Shown: positions 33,602 to 43,811 of the stretch, one piece after another | How positions within the stretch are numbered: the first letter of the stretch is position 1 | Layout: every line of letters begins with the position of its first letter | Assembly (NCBI GenBank): GCA_013286795.1 | Contig: JABDFA010000001.1 | Location: 104,970 to 168,969 of the forward strand | Source: Candidatus Babelota bacterium | GTDB taxonomy: Bacteria; Babelota; Babeliae; Babelales; JABDEC01 | DNA: 64,000 nucleotides | Direction: 5' to 3' | Notes under the pieces: model-generated | Seen by the model: the letters and a program-made list of their open reading frames with translations, nothing else | Told to the model about the DNA's origin: nothing | Databases searched by the model: none | Made by a program: the position numbers and the translations under genes

Positions 33602-35149
33602 CTATTTCCAGTTCATTGCAAGTTCAACGAGTAATCTAACCCCTGCTCCTGTTCCAGAATGATTTCTATAATAAGATATATCTGGCACATTGAATGCAGT
33701 ACCTGCTATATCAAGATGTACCCAAGGAACTTCTCCAACAAAATTTTGTAAAAAACATGCAGCTGTTGTACCGCCTGCCATATATCTTCGATTTGAATCA
33801 TTGCTTAAATCTGCAACCTCACTTTTAACTGCAATCTTATAATCATCCGTAAGTGGCAGTCTCCATACATAATCACCTGACAAATGCGCTGCTTCTTCAA
33901 CTTTTACAGCAAATTCATCATGTTCACTAAACAAACCAGAAAAGAATGGTCCAAGAGCATAAGCACATGCACCTGTCAAGGTTGCCAAGTCAATCATAAA
34001 ATCCGGTTTATAATGTTTAACTGCATAAGAAAGGGCATCTGCCAAGATCAATCTTCCTTCAGCATCTGTATTTTTAACTTCTGCCGTTTTGCCATTGTAG
34101 AAAGTTATTATATCTCCTGGTCTAGTAGCCGAACCACTTGGCATATTTTCAGTTATTGGAGTTATAGCCACAATATTAACTTTAGGTTTCAATTTAGCAA
34201 GAGCTGACATAGCAGAAATAACAGCAGCCGATCCTGACATGTCCTCCTTCATTGTTTCCATAGAACCTGAAGGTTTTATGCTAAGTCCGCCAGAGTCAAA
34301 AGTTATACCTTTGCCAACAAAGCAAATTGTTGGCGCTGTTTTTTCAGTTTTATATTCTAAAATAACAAATTTACATTCTTCTTCTGAACCCTTTGTTACT
34401 GCAGCCAAACCTCCCATACCCATTTTAATTATTTCAGATTCACTAAAAATTGTGCATTTCAAACCATGATCGATTGATATTTTCTGTGCATAATTTGCAA
34501 GATCTGTCGGAGAAAGTAAATTAGCTGGTAAATCGACCCAAGTTCTGGCTTGATTTACAGCATTAGATATAACAATACCATCATCTACAGCTTTTTTTAT
34601 TTTATCAATATCTCTATTTACAACAATTTTTATATCAGCATCTGACTCTAATTTAGATATTCTAGTCTTATCTGTAATCAATTGATCAAAAACATAATTC
34701 GCCATATTAATTATAATTGCAGTGTTCTTTGCAACATATTCTATATCAAAACCAAACAGATCTGCTTCAGGCAATTCTAGAGCAATAGATTTAATATTAA
34801 ATTGTGGCAAGGTTCTTATTAAACTACCTAAAGATCTTCTATAACTTTCAAAATTAAAAATATTTTTTTTATTTTTTTTACCCAAACCTACAAAAACCAA
34901 ATATGAATGATTTATATTAGCGACTACAGAAGCTACAAAAACTGACCCACTTTTACCTACAAATTTCTTATCTCGCATTAATATTTCTAAATGTGGACAG
35001 TTCTCTTTTGCTAAATCATGAAATTTTTTAAAATCAAAATCCTGTTCAACAAAAAAAATGACAGCATTAACCTTATTTTCTAAAAGCTTAGTTTGGGTAA
35101 CTGAAATATTTAATGACATAAATTCTCCACAAATAATCTGTATGCACAA
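33602..35149 (-). CDS. pepA: Leucyl aminopeptidase (M17 family)
   Basis: VGKGITFDSGGLSIKP, MKEDMSGSAAV and the signature NTDAEGRLILADAL, then DLATLTGA. The true start is probably MSLNISV at 35119. Confidence 0.93.
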   Translation of the reverse strand: MCIQIICGEFMSLNISVTQTKLLENKVNAVIFFVEQDFDFKKFHDLAKENCPHLEILMRDKKFVGKSGSVFVASVVANINHSYLVFVGLGKKNKKNIFNFESYRRSLGSLIRTLPQFNIKSIALELPEADLFGFDIEYVAKNTAIIINMANYVFDQLITDKTRISKLESDADIKIVVNRDIDKIKKAVDDGIVISNAVNQARTWVDLPANLLSPTDLANYAQKISIDHGLKCTIFSESEIIKMGMGGLAAVTKGSEEECKFVILEYKTEKTAPTICFVGKGITFDSGGLSIKPSGSMETMKEDMSGSAAVISAMSALAKLKPKVNIVAITPITENMPSGSATRPGDIITFYNGKTAEVKNTDAEGRLILADALSYAVKHYKPDFMIDLATLTGACAYALGPFFSGLFSEHDEFAVKVEEAAHLSGDYVWRLPLTDDYKIAVKSEVADLSNDSNRRYMAGGTTAACFLQNFVGEVPWVHLDIAGTAFNVPDISYYRNHSGTGAGVRLLVELAMNWK

Positions 35150-35219
35150 TATGTTACATCATTTAATATTACCAACTACACCCTTAAAAACAAGACTTGA
35201 AAAAAAAATCTCAGTAGTG

Positions 35220-36254
35220 TTAATCAGGACTGCGAGTAACAAGAGATTTTGGTTGTTTAAAAATGGTTTTATTTAAAACGCTTTTAAAAAAAGCATTAAC
35301 AGTATACATATATCTTTCTGGATCAGAAAAGACTGAATCACAATGATCCCTACCCCCGGTTATCCATAACCTCTTATAACCAGCAGCATTATTAAAAATT
35401 TCAGTAACAGCTTCAACAGTAATTTTTGCATCATTTTTGCAAACAACAAAATAACACGGAACCGTCACTTCTTTTATAGATTCAACAGGCTCTATAGGTT
35501 TTACAAAAGTTTGTATAGGAGAAGACATTCCCGCCCCTTTTAATAAGAACATAATAAGAGGTTGCACGTAAGGATTAAATGCATATTCTTGTAACCAACC
35601 CGTACCTGGAATATAAAATTCATAACCAAATAAACCTAATTTTACTTTTTCCATACCCCTACGTAGTACATCTTTACTAGAAGAAAATGGCGCATCTAAA
35701 AACATTGCTTCAAACAAATTAGGAGTATTCGCTTCTTTAATAGCAGAATATTGTTCTTTGAAATCATTATATTGAGCTTGTGCTTCAATCGCTGTAGCAG
35801 CACCCATTGAATGAGCAAAAACAAATAAAGGTTTATTTTTAAAATCTTCTAAAGATCTTAAATAATCTACTGCTGCAAAAACATCCAAAATTTCATCTGA
35901 CCCTACTGTGCTAAGTTGATCTTCTTTATTTTCACCATGAGCCCTAAAATCAAAAGACATACAATTAAAATCTTTTAAGAACAAGCTAAATGGACCAACA
36001 TCAAATTTATCTCTTCCATAACCATGCAATACTAGAATAGTAGCAGGGGCTTTTCTGTCTGCTAGAATACCCTTACGCGCTATATACTCATTAGATTCTA
36101 AATTCTTTTTAACATAAAAAACAACTTCTCTGGTCCCTTTACCTTTTTTTATACTAGATTTTTTTTCCTTTGAAATAATTAAATTACTATTAAATAAAAA
36201 ACAAAATAATAAAAAAAGTCTAAAAAAATAATGATTTTTTAATAACATGTCCAT
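35220..36254 (-). CDS. Exported alpha/beta-fold hydrolase
   Basis: Hydrophobic leader. HGYGRDKFD, the nucleophile elbow FAHSMGAA, and late D (KND) and H (GGRDHCD) candidates for the catalytic triad. Confidence 0.7.
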   Translation of the reverse strand: MDMLLKNHYFFRLFLLFCFLFNSNLIISKEKKSSIKKGKGTREVVFYVKKNLESNEYIARKGILADRKAPATILVLHGYGRDKFDVGPFSLFLKDFNCMSFDFRAHGENKEDQLSTVGSDEILDVFAAVDYLRSLEDFKNKPLFVFAHSMGAATAIEAQAQYNDFKEQYSAIKEANTPNLFEAMFLDAPFSSSKDVLRRGMEKVKLGLFGYEFYIPGTGWLQEYAFNPYVQPLIMFLLKGAGMSSPIQTFVKPIEPVESIKEVTVPCYFVVCKNDAKITVEAVTEIFNNAAGYKRLWITGGRDHCDSVFSDPERYMYTVNAFFKSVLNKTIFKQPKSLVTRSPD

Positions 36255-36328
36255 GTTATCCCCCTTAAAATACAGTGAAATTTACGAAAAATTATATCTA
36301 ATTATTAATATTACAAATTTAGTAATTA

Positions 36329-37786
36329 TTAATCAATAAATTGTCCAAAGAAAGATTCCATTTGTTGCTTTTGCATGACATCATTATAGCGTGCAACAAT
36401 TTGGCCACCTTTAAATACAATGAAAGAGGGTACTTTGAGTATATATAATTCTTTTACCAATTCTGGCGCTTTATCAATATCAACTTTTATAAATTTCATT
36501 TTACCTGAAAACTTTTTAGATAAAGACTCAAATGAAGGAAGCATTTGCTTACATGTAGGACAATGATTGGCCCAAAAATCTAAAACTACCGGAATTTCGC
36601 TTTCAAGAACCTCTTTTTTATATTCATCCAAAGAACTTATACTAGTAACTTTAGAGGGACCTATTTCACTGATTTCAAAATACTTATTTTGAATTTTATT
36701 GGCTACTTCAGGGGAAAAGCCAATTTCTTGCAAAAATCTAGATGCATCCAAAGCTGCCTTAATGCCCGAACCTGATGCAACGCCCGCCTGTTTATAGACA
36801 TGGTCCTCTACGTCTCCTGCTGCAAAAACAGCTTCAACTGATGTTTTTTGACTACGGCCCTCTAATTCTAGATACCCCATTTTATCCATCTTTAATTTAT
36901 CTTTAAAAATTTGAGTATTCGGCTCATGACCTATAGCTAAAAAGACCCCGTCTATATCCATATTAATTTCTTTATTTTGTTTATTATCCCAAAGAACAAT
37001 AGATGTTACATGGGAATCATCACCTATAATTTTTTTCAGATCTTGATTATATAAGATAGCTAAACTCTTAACATTTTTTAAGTGATTAATCATGGCCTGC
37101 GAAGCTCTTAAAGCACTACCTCTGACAAGCATAGTTATTTTATTAACATAAGGATTAAGTTGTAAAACTTCCTCAGCTGCAGAATCACCCCCACCTACGA
37201 CTACAACATTTTTATTTTTAAAGAATGGAGCATCACATACAGCGCAAGTAGTAACTCCTTTCCCCCAATATTCCTTTTCGCCAGGTATGCCTAAAACTCT
37301 TGGATTAGAACCTGTTGCTACTATTACAGTTAGGGCATTAATTTTCAGTCCATCTGATGTTATAACTTCAAATGGCCATTTTGCAAGATCAACAGATACC
37401 ACTGTATCTTGTAAAAAAGAGACTCCTAATTTTTGATTCTGTTCCTTTAAATCCTCCATCAACTTTGGCCCCATAATACGTTGTATACTTGGCCAATTTT
37501 CTACATAAGTGGTTCCTGTTAGTTGTCCACCCGGCTTTTCCCCTTCTATAATTAGAGTTTTAAAACCTAATCTAGAAGCATATATACCTGCACTCATTCC
37601 TGCTGAGCCTGATCCTAAAATAACAACAGGCATTATATTCTCTTTTTTTGTAATCTCATTTATATTTATATTTAAATGTTTACAAAAGTTACAGCCTGTT
37701 TTTTTATAAAACAAAACTAATGAAGAAGTAATAAATACAGTAAATAAAAGAATTAAAAAACGAGTAGATTGATTAATCACTAACAT
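36329..37786 (-). CDS. trxB: Thioredoxin reductase fused to a C-terminal thioredoxin domain (NTRC-like), with an N-terminal TM helix
   Basis: FAD motif VVILGSGSAGMSAG, redox CAVC (TTCAVCDAPFF), NADPH motif VVVVGGGDSAAEE, and FAAGDV. C-terminal Trx fold with WANHCPTCK. The ATG at 37786 is preceded by GGAG at 5-nt spacing, which supports the TM extension MLVINQSTRFLILLFTVFITSSLVLFY. Confidence 0.88.
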   Translation of the reverse strand: MLVINQSTRFLILLFTVFITSSLVLFYKKTGCNFCKHLNININEITKKENIMPVVILGSGSAGMSAGIYASRLGFKTLIIEGEKPGGQLTGTTYVENWPSIQRIMGPKLMEDLKEQNQKLGVSFLQDTVVSVDLAKWPFEVITSDGLKINALTVIVATGSNPRVLGIPGEKEYWGKGVTTCAVCDAPFFKNKNVVVVGGGDSAAEEVLQLNPYVNKITMLVRGSALRASQAMINHLKNVKSLAILYNQDLKKIIGDDSHVTSIVLWDNKQNKEINMDIDGVFLAIGHEPNTQIFKDKLKMDKMGYLELEGRSQKTSVEAVFAAGDVEDHVYKQAGVASGSGIKAALDASRFLQEIGFSPEVANKIQNKYFEISEIGPSKVTSISSLDEYKKEVLESEIPVVLDFWANHCPTCKQMLPSFESLSKKFSGKMKFIKVDIDKAPELVKELYILKVPSFIVFKGGQIVARYNDVMQKQQMESFFGQFID

Positions 37787-37964
37787 ACTAACTCCAAAAA
37801 TGTATACATAAAAGTTTCAACTAACAAGCTACATTTAATTCTTAATAAATTCAAATAAATCTTGCTATTAAATAAGTTTAATTTTATTTTGAATAATACA
37901 CGAACCCAATAATTAATTTATATATTAAAATTAATATCCTTGTTTTTGAGCTAAATAAATATAG

Positions 37965-38016
37965 CCCGTTCGTGGTGAGTGTTTTTGCGCCAGCAAAAAT
38001 ATATCGAACCATGAAC
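37965..38016. repeat. GC-rich nested inverted-repeat element (same family as 12155-12246)
   Basis: Outer arms are GTTCGTGGT (37968-37976) and ACCATGAAC (38008-38016), with 1 mismatch. Inner arms are TTTTTGC (37982-37988) and GCAAAAA (37993-37999). Contains CGAACCATGAA (38005-38015). Confidence 0.5.
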
Positions 38017-38068
38017 ACAAATAAAATACGGTTTTAATAATTTTAATTCTCTAAAAAGTAAGGAAAGT

Positions 38069-38377
38069 ATGAAAAAATTGTATTTCTCATTGATTTTAGT
38101 TTCTTTATCAACTTCAGTTTTAGCAAAAAAAGATTCAGTAAAAAAAACTGTTAAAACAGAAGATCAAGTTGAAGAAAAAATAGAACCGGTAGATATGAAT
38201 ACAGATTCAGCAAGTTTATCTTGGCAACATCCAGAACAATGCAGCAAAGAATTAGGAAGCAATGTAGTAGATGATTCTAAATGCAAAAACATTAAATCTT
38301 TAGGTGACAAGCCAGCTGATGGTTTTGCTTGCTGTGCTGATGTGATTAGTGAAGGTGAAAACCCTTACGTAGACTAA
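38069..38377 (+). CDS. Small exported acidic protein with six Cys (hypothetical)
   Basis: Signal peptide MKKLYFSLILVSLSTSVLAKK. RBS AAGGAAAG. No family recognised. Confidence 0.5.
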   Translation: MKKLYFSLILVSLSTSVLAKKDSVKKTVKTEDQVEEKIEPVDMNTDSASLSWQHPEQCSKELGSNVVDDSKCKNIKSLGDKPADGFACCADVISEGENPYVD

Positions 38378-38417
38378 ATATACAAATCATAGATACCATT
38401 CTTTTATCTTGCTTATG

Positions 38418-38446
38418 AAATTGTCCAACAGCTTGTTGGACAATTT
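38418..38446 (+). terminator. 13-bp perfect hairpin downstream of 38069-38377 (probable terminator, weak T tail)
   Basis: AAATTGTCCAACA (38418-38430), loop GCT, TGTTGGACAATTT (38434-38446). The sequence is related to the hairpin at 38495-38513. Confidence 0.45.
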
Positions 38447-38485
38447 GAAGAACTTCTCATATTTAGTATTTTCTCCAGGGTGCTT

Positions 38486-38513
38486 ATAAAAAAAGTCCAG
38501 CAACCTGCTGGAC
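38486..38513 (-). terminator. Rho-independent terminator of ileS
   Basis: The minus strand reads GTCCAGCA-GGT-TGCTGGAC (38513-38495) followed by TTTTTTT (forward A-run 38488-38494), ~100 nt after the ileS stop. Confidence 0.75.
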
Positions 38514-38616
38514 AATTTATTTGTTCAGACACGAAAAATCATATTTAGATTAAAATGTATAATAAATTAGAGCCACTTTTACATGGCCTTTATAATATTT
38601 AAGCAACTTGAGTATA

Positions 38617-41475
38617 TTAAGAGACAATTTTTTCACATCTCTTACAAAGCTTATCTACATTTTGAGTAAAGCCCCATTGCCAGCATCTTGGGCATTTTTC
38701 ACCTAAAGCTTTTTCAACTTTGGTATAAATTCCAGGATATTCAGTTTGTTTAAGGCCAGCAGCAGTTTCAACTATTTCAAATTGGGAAACAATTAAAAAA
38801 TCTTTGAAAAAACTAGGAATATCTTGACCGGAAGATTCAACTTCTTTAAAGAATTTAGTTAAATATTGAATGTCTGAGCTTCTTGGGTCAAAAAAGACTT
38901 CCATTCTTACTTCCAATGGATGCTTGATTAACCCTTTTTCTCTTTGCTCTTCTATTGCTTTCAGAAAAGCAGAACGTACATCTTTTAGTATTTCGATCTG
39001 TTTTTTTCGATCAACTTTAAAGTCCTGATTAAATTTATTTAAAGAAATACAAAGATTGTCTAGATTAGCAAAATTTTGTAAATGAATAGATTTAGATTTA
39101 TTTTTTTGATAATAATCAGAAATCTGTTCTGATGTAAAAGAAAGAATGGGTGCCATAAGTTTAGTCATTGTATCAAGTATATACCAACAAGCAGTTTGCG
39201 CTGATCTTCTTGCCAGCCCATCAGATTGTTCTACATACAATCTATCTTTAATAATATCTAAATAAAATGAACTAAGTTCCACAGAACAATAGTCACCAAA
39301 TTTATGAAATACATTTGTGAATTCATAATTTTCATAATTATTAATAATGTTTTGGTTTACTTGGCAAAGTTGCTCTAGAGCTAGTCTATCTATAGGAAGC
39401 ATTTTTTCTACAGGAACAGCATCTTTTGCAATATCAAAATCATACAAGTTAGATATTAAGAATCTACAAGTGTTTCTAACTTTTCTAAACACTTCTTGAA
39501 TATTACGCAATAATATAGGAGAAACTACAGCTTCACCTTCTATATCTATACTTGAGGCCCACATACGTAATCCATCAGTACCTAATTGATCAGCCATTTG
39601 ATCAGGAGAAACAACATTACCCAAAGATTTAGACATTTTCTTTCCCGATTCATCAACAGTGAAACCATGAGTAACAATAATTTTCATACAAGCTTTTTTA
39701 TTTAAAGCCAAACTAGTCAAAAGTGAACTCTGGAACCATCCACGATGTTGATCCTTGCCTTCTAGATACATATCTGCTGGAAACGCTAAATTTTTATTTT
39801 GTTTAAGAACAGCATAATGACTCACTCCAGAATCAAACCAGACATCTAAAATATCTGTTTCCTTTTTGAAATCATTTGAAGAACAGTTTGAGCAAATTTG
39901 TCCATTAAGTAATGTTTTTGGGTCAACAGAATCCCAAAACTCTATTCCTTCATTTTCAACATTAGATGCAACTTTATCTATTAAATTTTTATTAGTAAAA
40001 GTAGTTTCACATTTTATACAAGTTAAAGCCGGAATTGGAACTCCCCAAATACGTTGTCTTGATATGCACCATTCTAACCTACCTTCTATAGAAGCTTTCA
40101 ATCTATTGTTAGATTTATCGGGCAACATTTTTATTCCATCAATTGCATCCAAAACAGAAAGTCTTAAATTATTTTTTGAAAGATCCAAAAACCATTGCGT
40201 TGTAGCTCTAAAGATTAATCCATTACGACATCTCCAGCAATGTGGATATGAGTGTTTAATACTTGTTTTAAAAAATAATCTATCGAGTTCAGCAAGCTTC
40301 TTTATTACCCAAATTTGACCATCAGCAACAGGCATGCCTTCTAGTTCTTTAGGATCAATTCCTACAACATATTTGCCTGAAGCACTTATAGGAGAAAAAA
40401 TTTCTAAGTTATTTCTAATACCAACATCATAATCTTCAGGACCACATCCAGGCGCACAGTGCACAACAGCTGTTCCATCTTGCAAAGAAACAGATGGCTC
40501 CAATAATATTGGAACCTGTAAATTTGAAATAAACGGATGCCCTACTTTTAATCCCACAAATTTGTCTGCATGAATTTGAGCTATAATTTCTTTCTTTACC
40601 CCTAATAACGTACAAATATTATCAGCCAAATCTCTTGCAACTATTATATTTTTACCATTTATTTTTAATAACACATATTCTGCATCAGGCTTTAAAAGAA
40701 CCGCTCTATTGAGAGGCAAGGTCCAAGGAGTGGTTGTCCAAATTAAAAGATTAACCTGCTCGCCATTAAGTTCAGGAAATAATTTTCCTGATACTTTAGA
40801 ATCAAAGGGAAAAAGTACATATATTGAGGGATCTTTACGTTCAATATATTCAATCTCTGCTATAGCAAGAACAGTTTGACAAGAAGCGCACCAAGGTACT
40901 GTTTTATTTTTTCTTTCTATATAACCATCACTTACAAATTGTCCAAAAGCTCTTAATATAGATGCCTCATAAGAAAAATTCATTGTTAAATACGGATTTT
41001 GCCAATCCATTAACACTCCAAGTTTTTTAAACTCTTTGCGCTGAATATTGATCCATTTATTAGCATATTCCCGACATGCTTTCTTTAAATCTTGTGCTGG
41101 AAGACCCGGATTTTCTTGTGTTACCTTTAATTCTATAGGCAAACCATGACAATCCCAACCTGGAGTTACAGGAACATGCTTGCCCAACATGCGTTGTACT
41201 TTTGTAACAATATCTTTAAGAATTTTATTATATGCATGACCTAGATGAATGTTGCCATTTGCATAAGGAGGACCATCATGTAATATATACTTTTGTTCGC
41301 CTGAATTGTGCTCAAATGATTTCTTATATAAGTCTTCATGCTCCCATTTTTCTAAAATTTTAGGATCTTCTATTTTGGGGTTAGCTCGTATAGGAAAATC
41401 AGTTCTTGGTAAATTTAGGGTATCTTTAAAACTTTTTTTTTCTGATGAATTTTCCATGGTCATTACATTCCTCAT
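38617..41475 (-). CDS. ileS: Isoleucyl-tRNA synthetase
   Basis: PPYANGNIHLGHAYNKILKD (HIGH), KMSKSLGNV (KMSKS), the CP1 editing region, and a C-terminal Zn finger CPRCW...CKRC. 952 aa; the start could be the internal MENSSEKK. Confidence 0.96.
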   Translation of the reverse strand: MRNVMTMENSSEKKSFKDTLNLPRTDFPIRANPKIEDPKILEKWEHEDLYKKSFEHNSGEQKYILHDGPPYANGNIHLGHAYNKILKDIVTKVQRMLGKHVPVTPGWDCHGLPIELKVTQENPGLPAQDLKKACREYANKWINIQRKEFKKLGVLMDWQNPYLTMNFSYEASILRAFGQFVSDGYIERKNKTVPWCASCQTVLAIAEIEYIERKDPSIYVLFPFDSKVSGKLFPELNGEQVNLLIWTTTPWTLPLNRAVLLKPDAEYVLLKINGKNIIVARDLADNICTLLGVKKEIIAQIHADKFVGLKVGHPFISNLQVPILLEPSVSLQDGTAVVHCAPGCGPEDYDVGIRNNLEIFSPISASGKYVVGIDPKELEGMPVADGQIWVIKKLAELDRLFFKTSIKHSYPHCWRCRNGLIFRATTQWFLDLSKNNLRLSVLDAIDGIKMLPDKSNNRLKASIEGRLEWCISRQRIWGVPIPALTCIKCETTFTNKNLIDKVASNVENEGIEFWDSVDPKTLLNGQICSNCSSNDFKKETDILDVWFDSGVSHYAVLKQNKNLAFPADMYLEGKDQHRGWFQSSLLTSLALNKKACMKIIVTHGFTVDESGKKMSKSLGNVVSPDQMADQLGTDGLRMWASSIDIEGEAVVSPILLRNIQEVFRKVRNTCRFLISNLYDFDIAKDAVPVEKMLPIDRLALEQLCQVNQNIINNYENYEFTNVFHKFGDYCSVELSSFYLDIIKDRLYVEQSDGLARRSAQTACWYILDTMTKLMAPILSFTSEQISDYYQKNKSKSIHLQNFANLDNLCISLNKFNQDFKVDRKKQIEILKDVRSAFLKAIEEQREKGLIKHPLEVRMEVFFDPRSSDIQYLTKFFKEVESSGQDIPSFFKDFLIVSQFEIVETAAGLKQTEYPGIYTKVEKALGEKCPRCWQWGFTQNVDKLCKRCEKIVS

Positions 41476-41536
41476 CTAGATAGGGGATTATTATTTGTAA
41501 TTATATATGTTTAATAGGCTTTTGGCAAAAAATTAA

Positions 41537-42604
41537 CTAAAAAAGACTCGGATTAGTAACTGATTCAAAATATTTCTGACCTTGTGCAAATCCAGGCATA
41601 TAAGATAAGTTAAATTTTTTATAGAAAGTATGTATGGTTTGCTCATAATTTTTCTTATCTTCTGGATCATCTAGCATATAATTTAAATGGGTAGAGTTTT
41701 TCAAAACTAATAAATATGTATTTTTATGACCGGAAGTTTTTAAAGCTGTATACAAGTTAACAACACACTGAAAAGGTACAATCTCATCTTTTAATGATGT
41801 AATTAAAAGAATAGGTATATCAGGAATTTTATTTACACTAACAATAGGAGATGGGCCATCTTTTTTAAACATAGTAAATGTTTCTATAAACTTAAGTGCA
41901 GCTTTTTGCAAAAATGGAAATCTATAACCCAATAGGCTTGGTATAGAATCAAAACAACTTTCACATACAACAGCTTTAACTTCTGCCAAGTTATTTTCTG
42001 AAATAAAATTTAAAATTGTGGCAGCGCCTCTAGAAACTCCAAAAAGAACTATTTCATTTGCTAATTTTGGATAATCTTTGGATGTATTAATAATATGTCG
42101 ATCATATAGATTGGCAAAAATTTGCATATCTGCATTCTGTCCAAAGTTTAACTTTGAAGAATTAATACATTTTTTGAATAGCGTAAGATTCACATCCAAG
42201 TTAGGATTAAAACCAGAGTTAGGCTGTAAAACTAATTGTGAATTTTGATAAATCGAAATCATACATAAAAGCTGTTTTAAACTTCCAGATGCCCAACTTA
42301 AAGGATTTATATAATTTAAAAAAGAGCTGATTTTAGAATCAACTTTTAATTCGGGAAATTCACATGTAGCAATAGGGTTTTTTAAAACTTCAATTCCATT
42401 AGGGCAAGATACAAATTGACCTGAAGATGTAACAATTTGGGAACAATATTTTCCCATCTGAATCTCTGTTGAAAATAGTTCTGGAACATAAACAAAACTT
42501 GTTATTGTATCTTTTTTTGATTCTACCCATTTTGCATAACTAGGTAAGATAAATATAAATAAAAAAAATAAAATATTAATCTTCATGCCTTTTTTCCACA
42601 ACAT
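41537..42604 (-). CDS. Exported alpha/beta-hydrolase-like protein
   Basis: The leader MKINILFFLFIFILPSYA probably starts at ATG 42586. Nucleophile elbow LFGVSRGAAT. The late D (SLKDEIVP) and H (NSTHLNY) fit a Ser-Asp-His triad order. Confidence 0.55.
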   Translation of the reverse strand: MLWKKGMKINILFFLFIFILPSYAKWVESKKDTITSFVYVPELFSTEIQMGKYCSQIVTSSGQFVSCPNGIEVLKNPIATCEFPELKVDSKISSFLNYINPLSWASGSLKQLLCMISIYQNSQLVLQPNSGFNPNLDVNLTLFKKCINSSKLNFGQNADMQIFANLYDRHIINTSKDYPKLANEIVLFGVSRGAATILNFISENNLAEVKAVVCESCFDSIPSLLGYRFPFLQKAALKFIETFTMFKKDGPSPIVSVNKIPDIPILLITSLKDEIVPFQCVVNLYTALKTSGHKNTYLLVLKNSTHLNYMLDDPEDKKNYEQTIHTFYKKFNLSYMPGFAQGQKYFESVTNPSLF

Positions 42605-43610
42605 AACAAAGATGATGAGATCTTTCCCAGGCCCTTAAAAAATCCTCAAGGTCATATTTATGTAGAACTTTATCATCAGAATCAAATGCAGGGTCATGAC
42701 ATATAATTTTTTTAGCTTTAGGATCCCATCCACAAATTAAAATCAAATGACCACTCTCATATTCTTTTGCGGCTGTAAGCAATTTACCCCTAACACTTAC
42801 AACAACTGGAAGGCCTTTAATGAGATATGAGTATAATTCTGAGAACGAGTTTAATCTTATAACACGGAAAAAATGGGACGGGCAAGCTTCAAAAGCGCAG
42901 GCTGTATTAAACGGCCAACTTCCATATGAACCTAAACCATGATCATAAACTTTATTTGCAAAATCTATAGGATCTACATTCTTTTTAGATAAATATTCAA
43001 TCAACATAGAAGTAGAGGTAGGCGAACACATTTCCTTTCCGTCATCGTGATTAAGAAGCATTTGAGAACGTTTAGGTATATTCTTTATATATACAGGAGA
43101 AAACTTTAAAAGCTGAGAATCTACATTTGTAGATTTAAATTTGGAAAAATCAGATATGCTTACACCTAAAAGTCTCAAATTAGATAAATCTGCATCACCT
43201 TGAGATTCAACTTTAAATTTAAAGCCATCGGCAAGTTTATCTTTTGGCAATTCGAGTCTTACATGATTATAGCTGGCACCTTCTTTGCGTTTTATAGAAT
43301 TAGATTTTTGAACTCCACCAGCACCCCATTCAAGCATTTTGAACCATTCTCCCCATTTCTTGGTAATAGAATCTCTAGATTGGACATAAAAAACAAAATG
43401 ACCTTTGATTGGCCTAAAGGCGTTCCAACAAAAAATTAATTGATTAAAATTAGGAACAGGAACTTTTGAAAAGACTATATTAGGTTTTTTTGCAAGCTCT
43501 TTTGCTTCATTTATAGTAAATTTTTTTTTATAGGACCAGGTCCAATCTTCACCAAAAAGATTCAAGGTGAAAAATATAGATAAAATAAAATTTTTAATTA
43601 AAAATCTCAT
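42576..43610 (-). CDS. Exported papain-fold cysteine peptidase, C39-like (Peptidase_C39_2-like) with an N-terminal accessory domain
   Basis: The start is set at ATG 43610, preceded by GGAGGG (leader MRFLIKNFILSIFFTLNLFG). Catalytic contexts are EMCSPTSTSMLIEYL (Cys) and ESGHLILICGWD (His). Confidence 0.55.
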   Translation of the reverse strand: MRFLIKNFILSIFFTLNLFGEDWTWSYKKKFTINEAKELAKKPNIVFSKVPVPNFNQLIFCWNAFRPIKGHFVFYVQSRDSITKKWGEWFKMLEWGAGGVQKSNSIKRKEGASYNHVRLELPKDKLADGFKFKVESQGDADLSNLRLLGVSISDFSKFKSTNVDSQLLKFSPVYIKNIPKRSQMLLNHDDGKEMCSPTSTSMLIEYLSKKNVDPIDFANKVYDHGLGSYGSWPFNTACAFEACPSHFFRVIRLNSFSELYSYLIKGLPVVVSVRGKLLTAAKEYESGHLILICGWDPKAKKIICHDPAFDSDDKVLHKYDLEDFLRAWERSHHLCYVVEKRHED

Positions 43611-43811
43611 CGCACCCTCCAACACCCTATCCCTTTTTGGATAATCTTCATATATAGAATAAATTATGCTAACTAACAAAAACAACTGTTTGATTATAAA
43701 TTCATTAATTCTCATCTTTTTTAAAGTTATTTTAGAAAATATTAATTTTAAAATTAAAAATAATGTAAACTTAAATTGTTTAATTAAAGTTATATAGGGA
43801 TAAATAAAATT

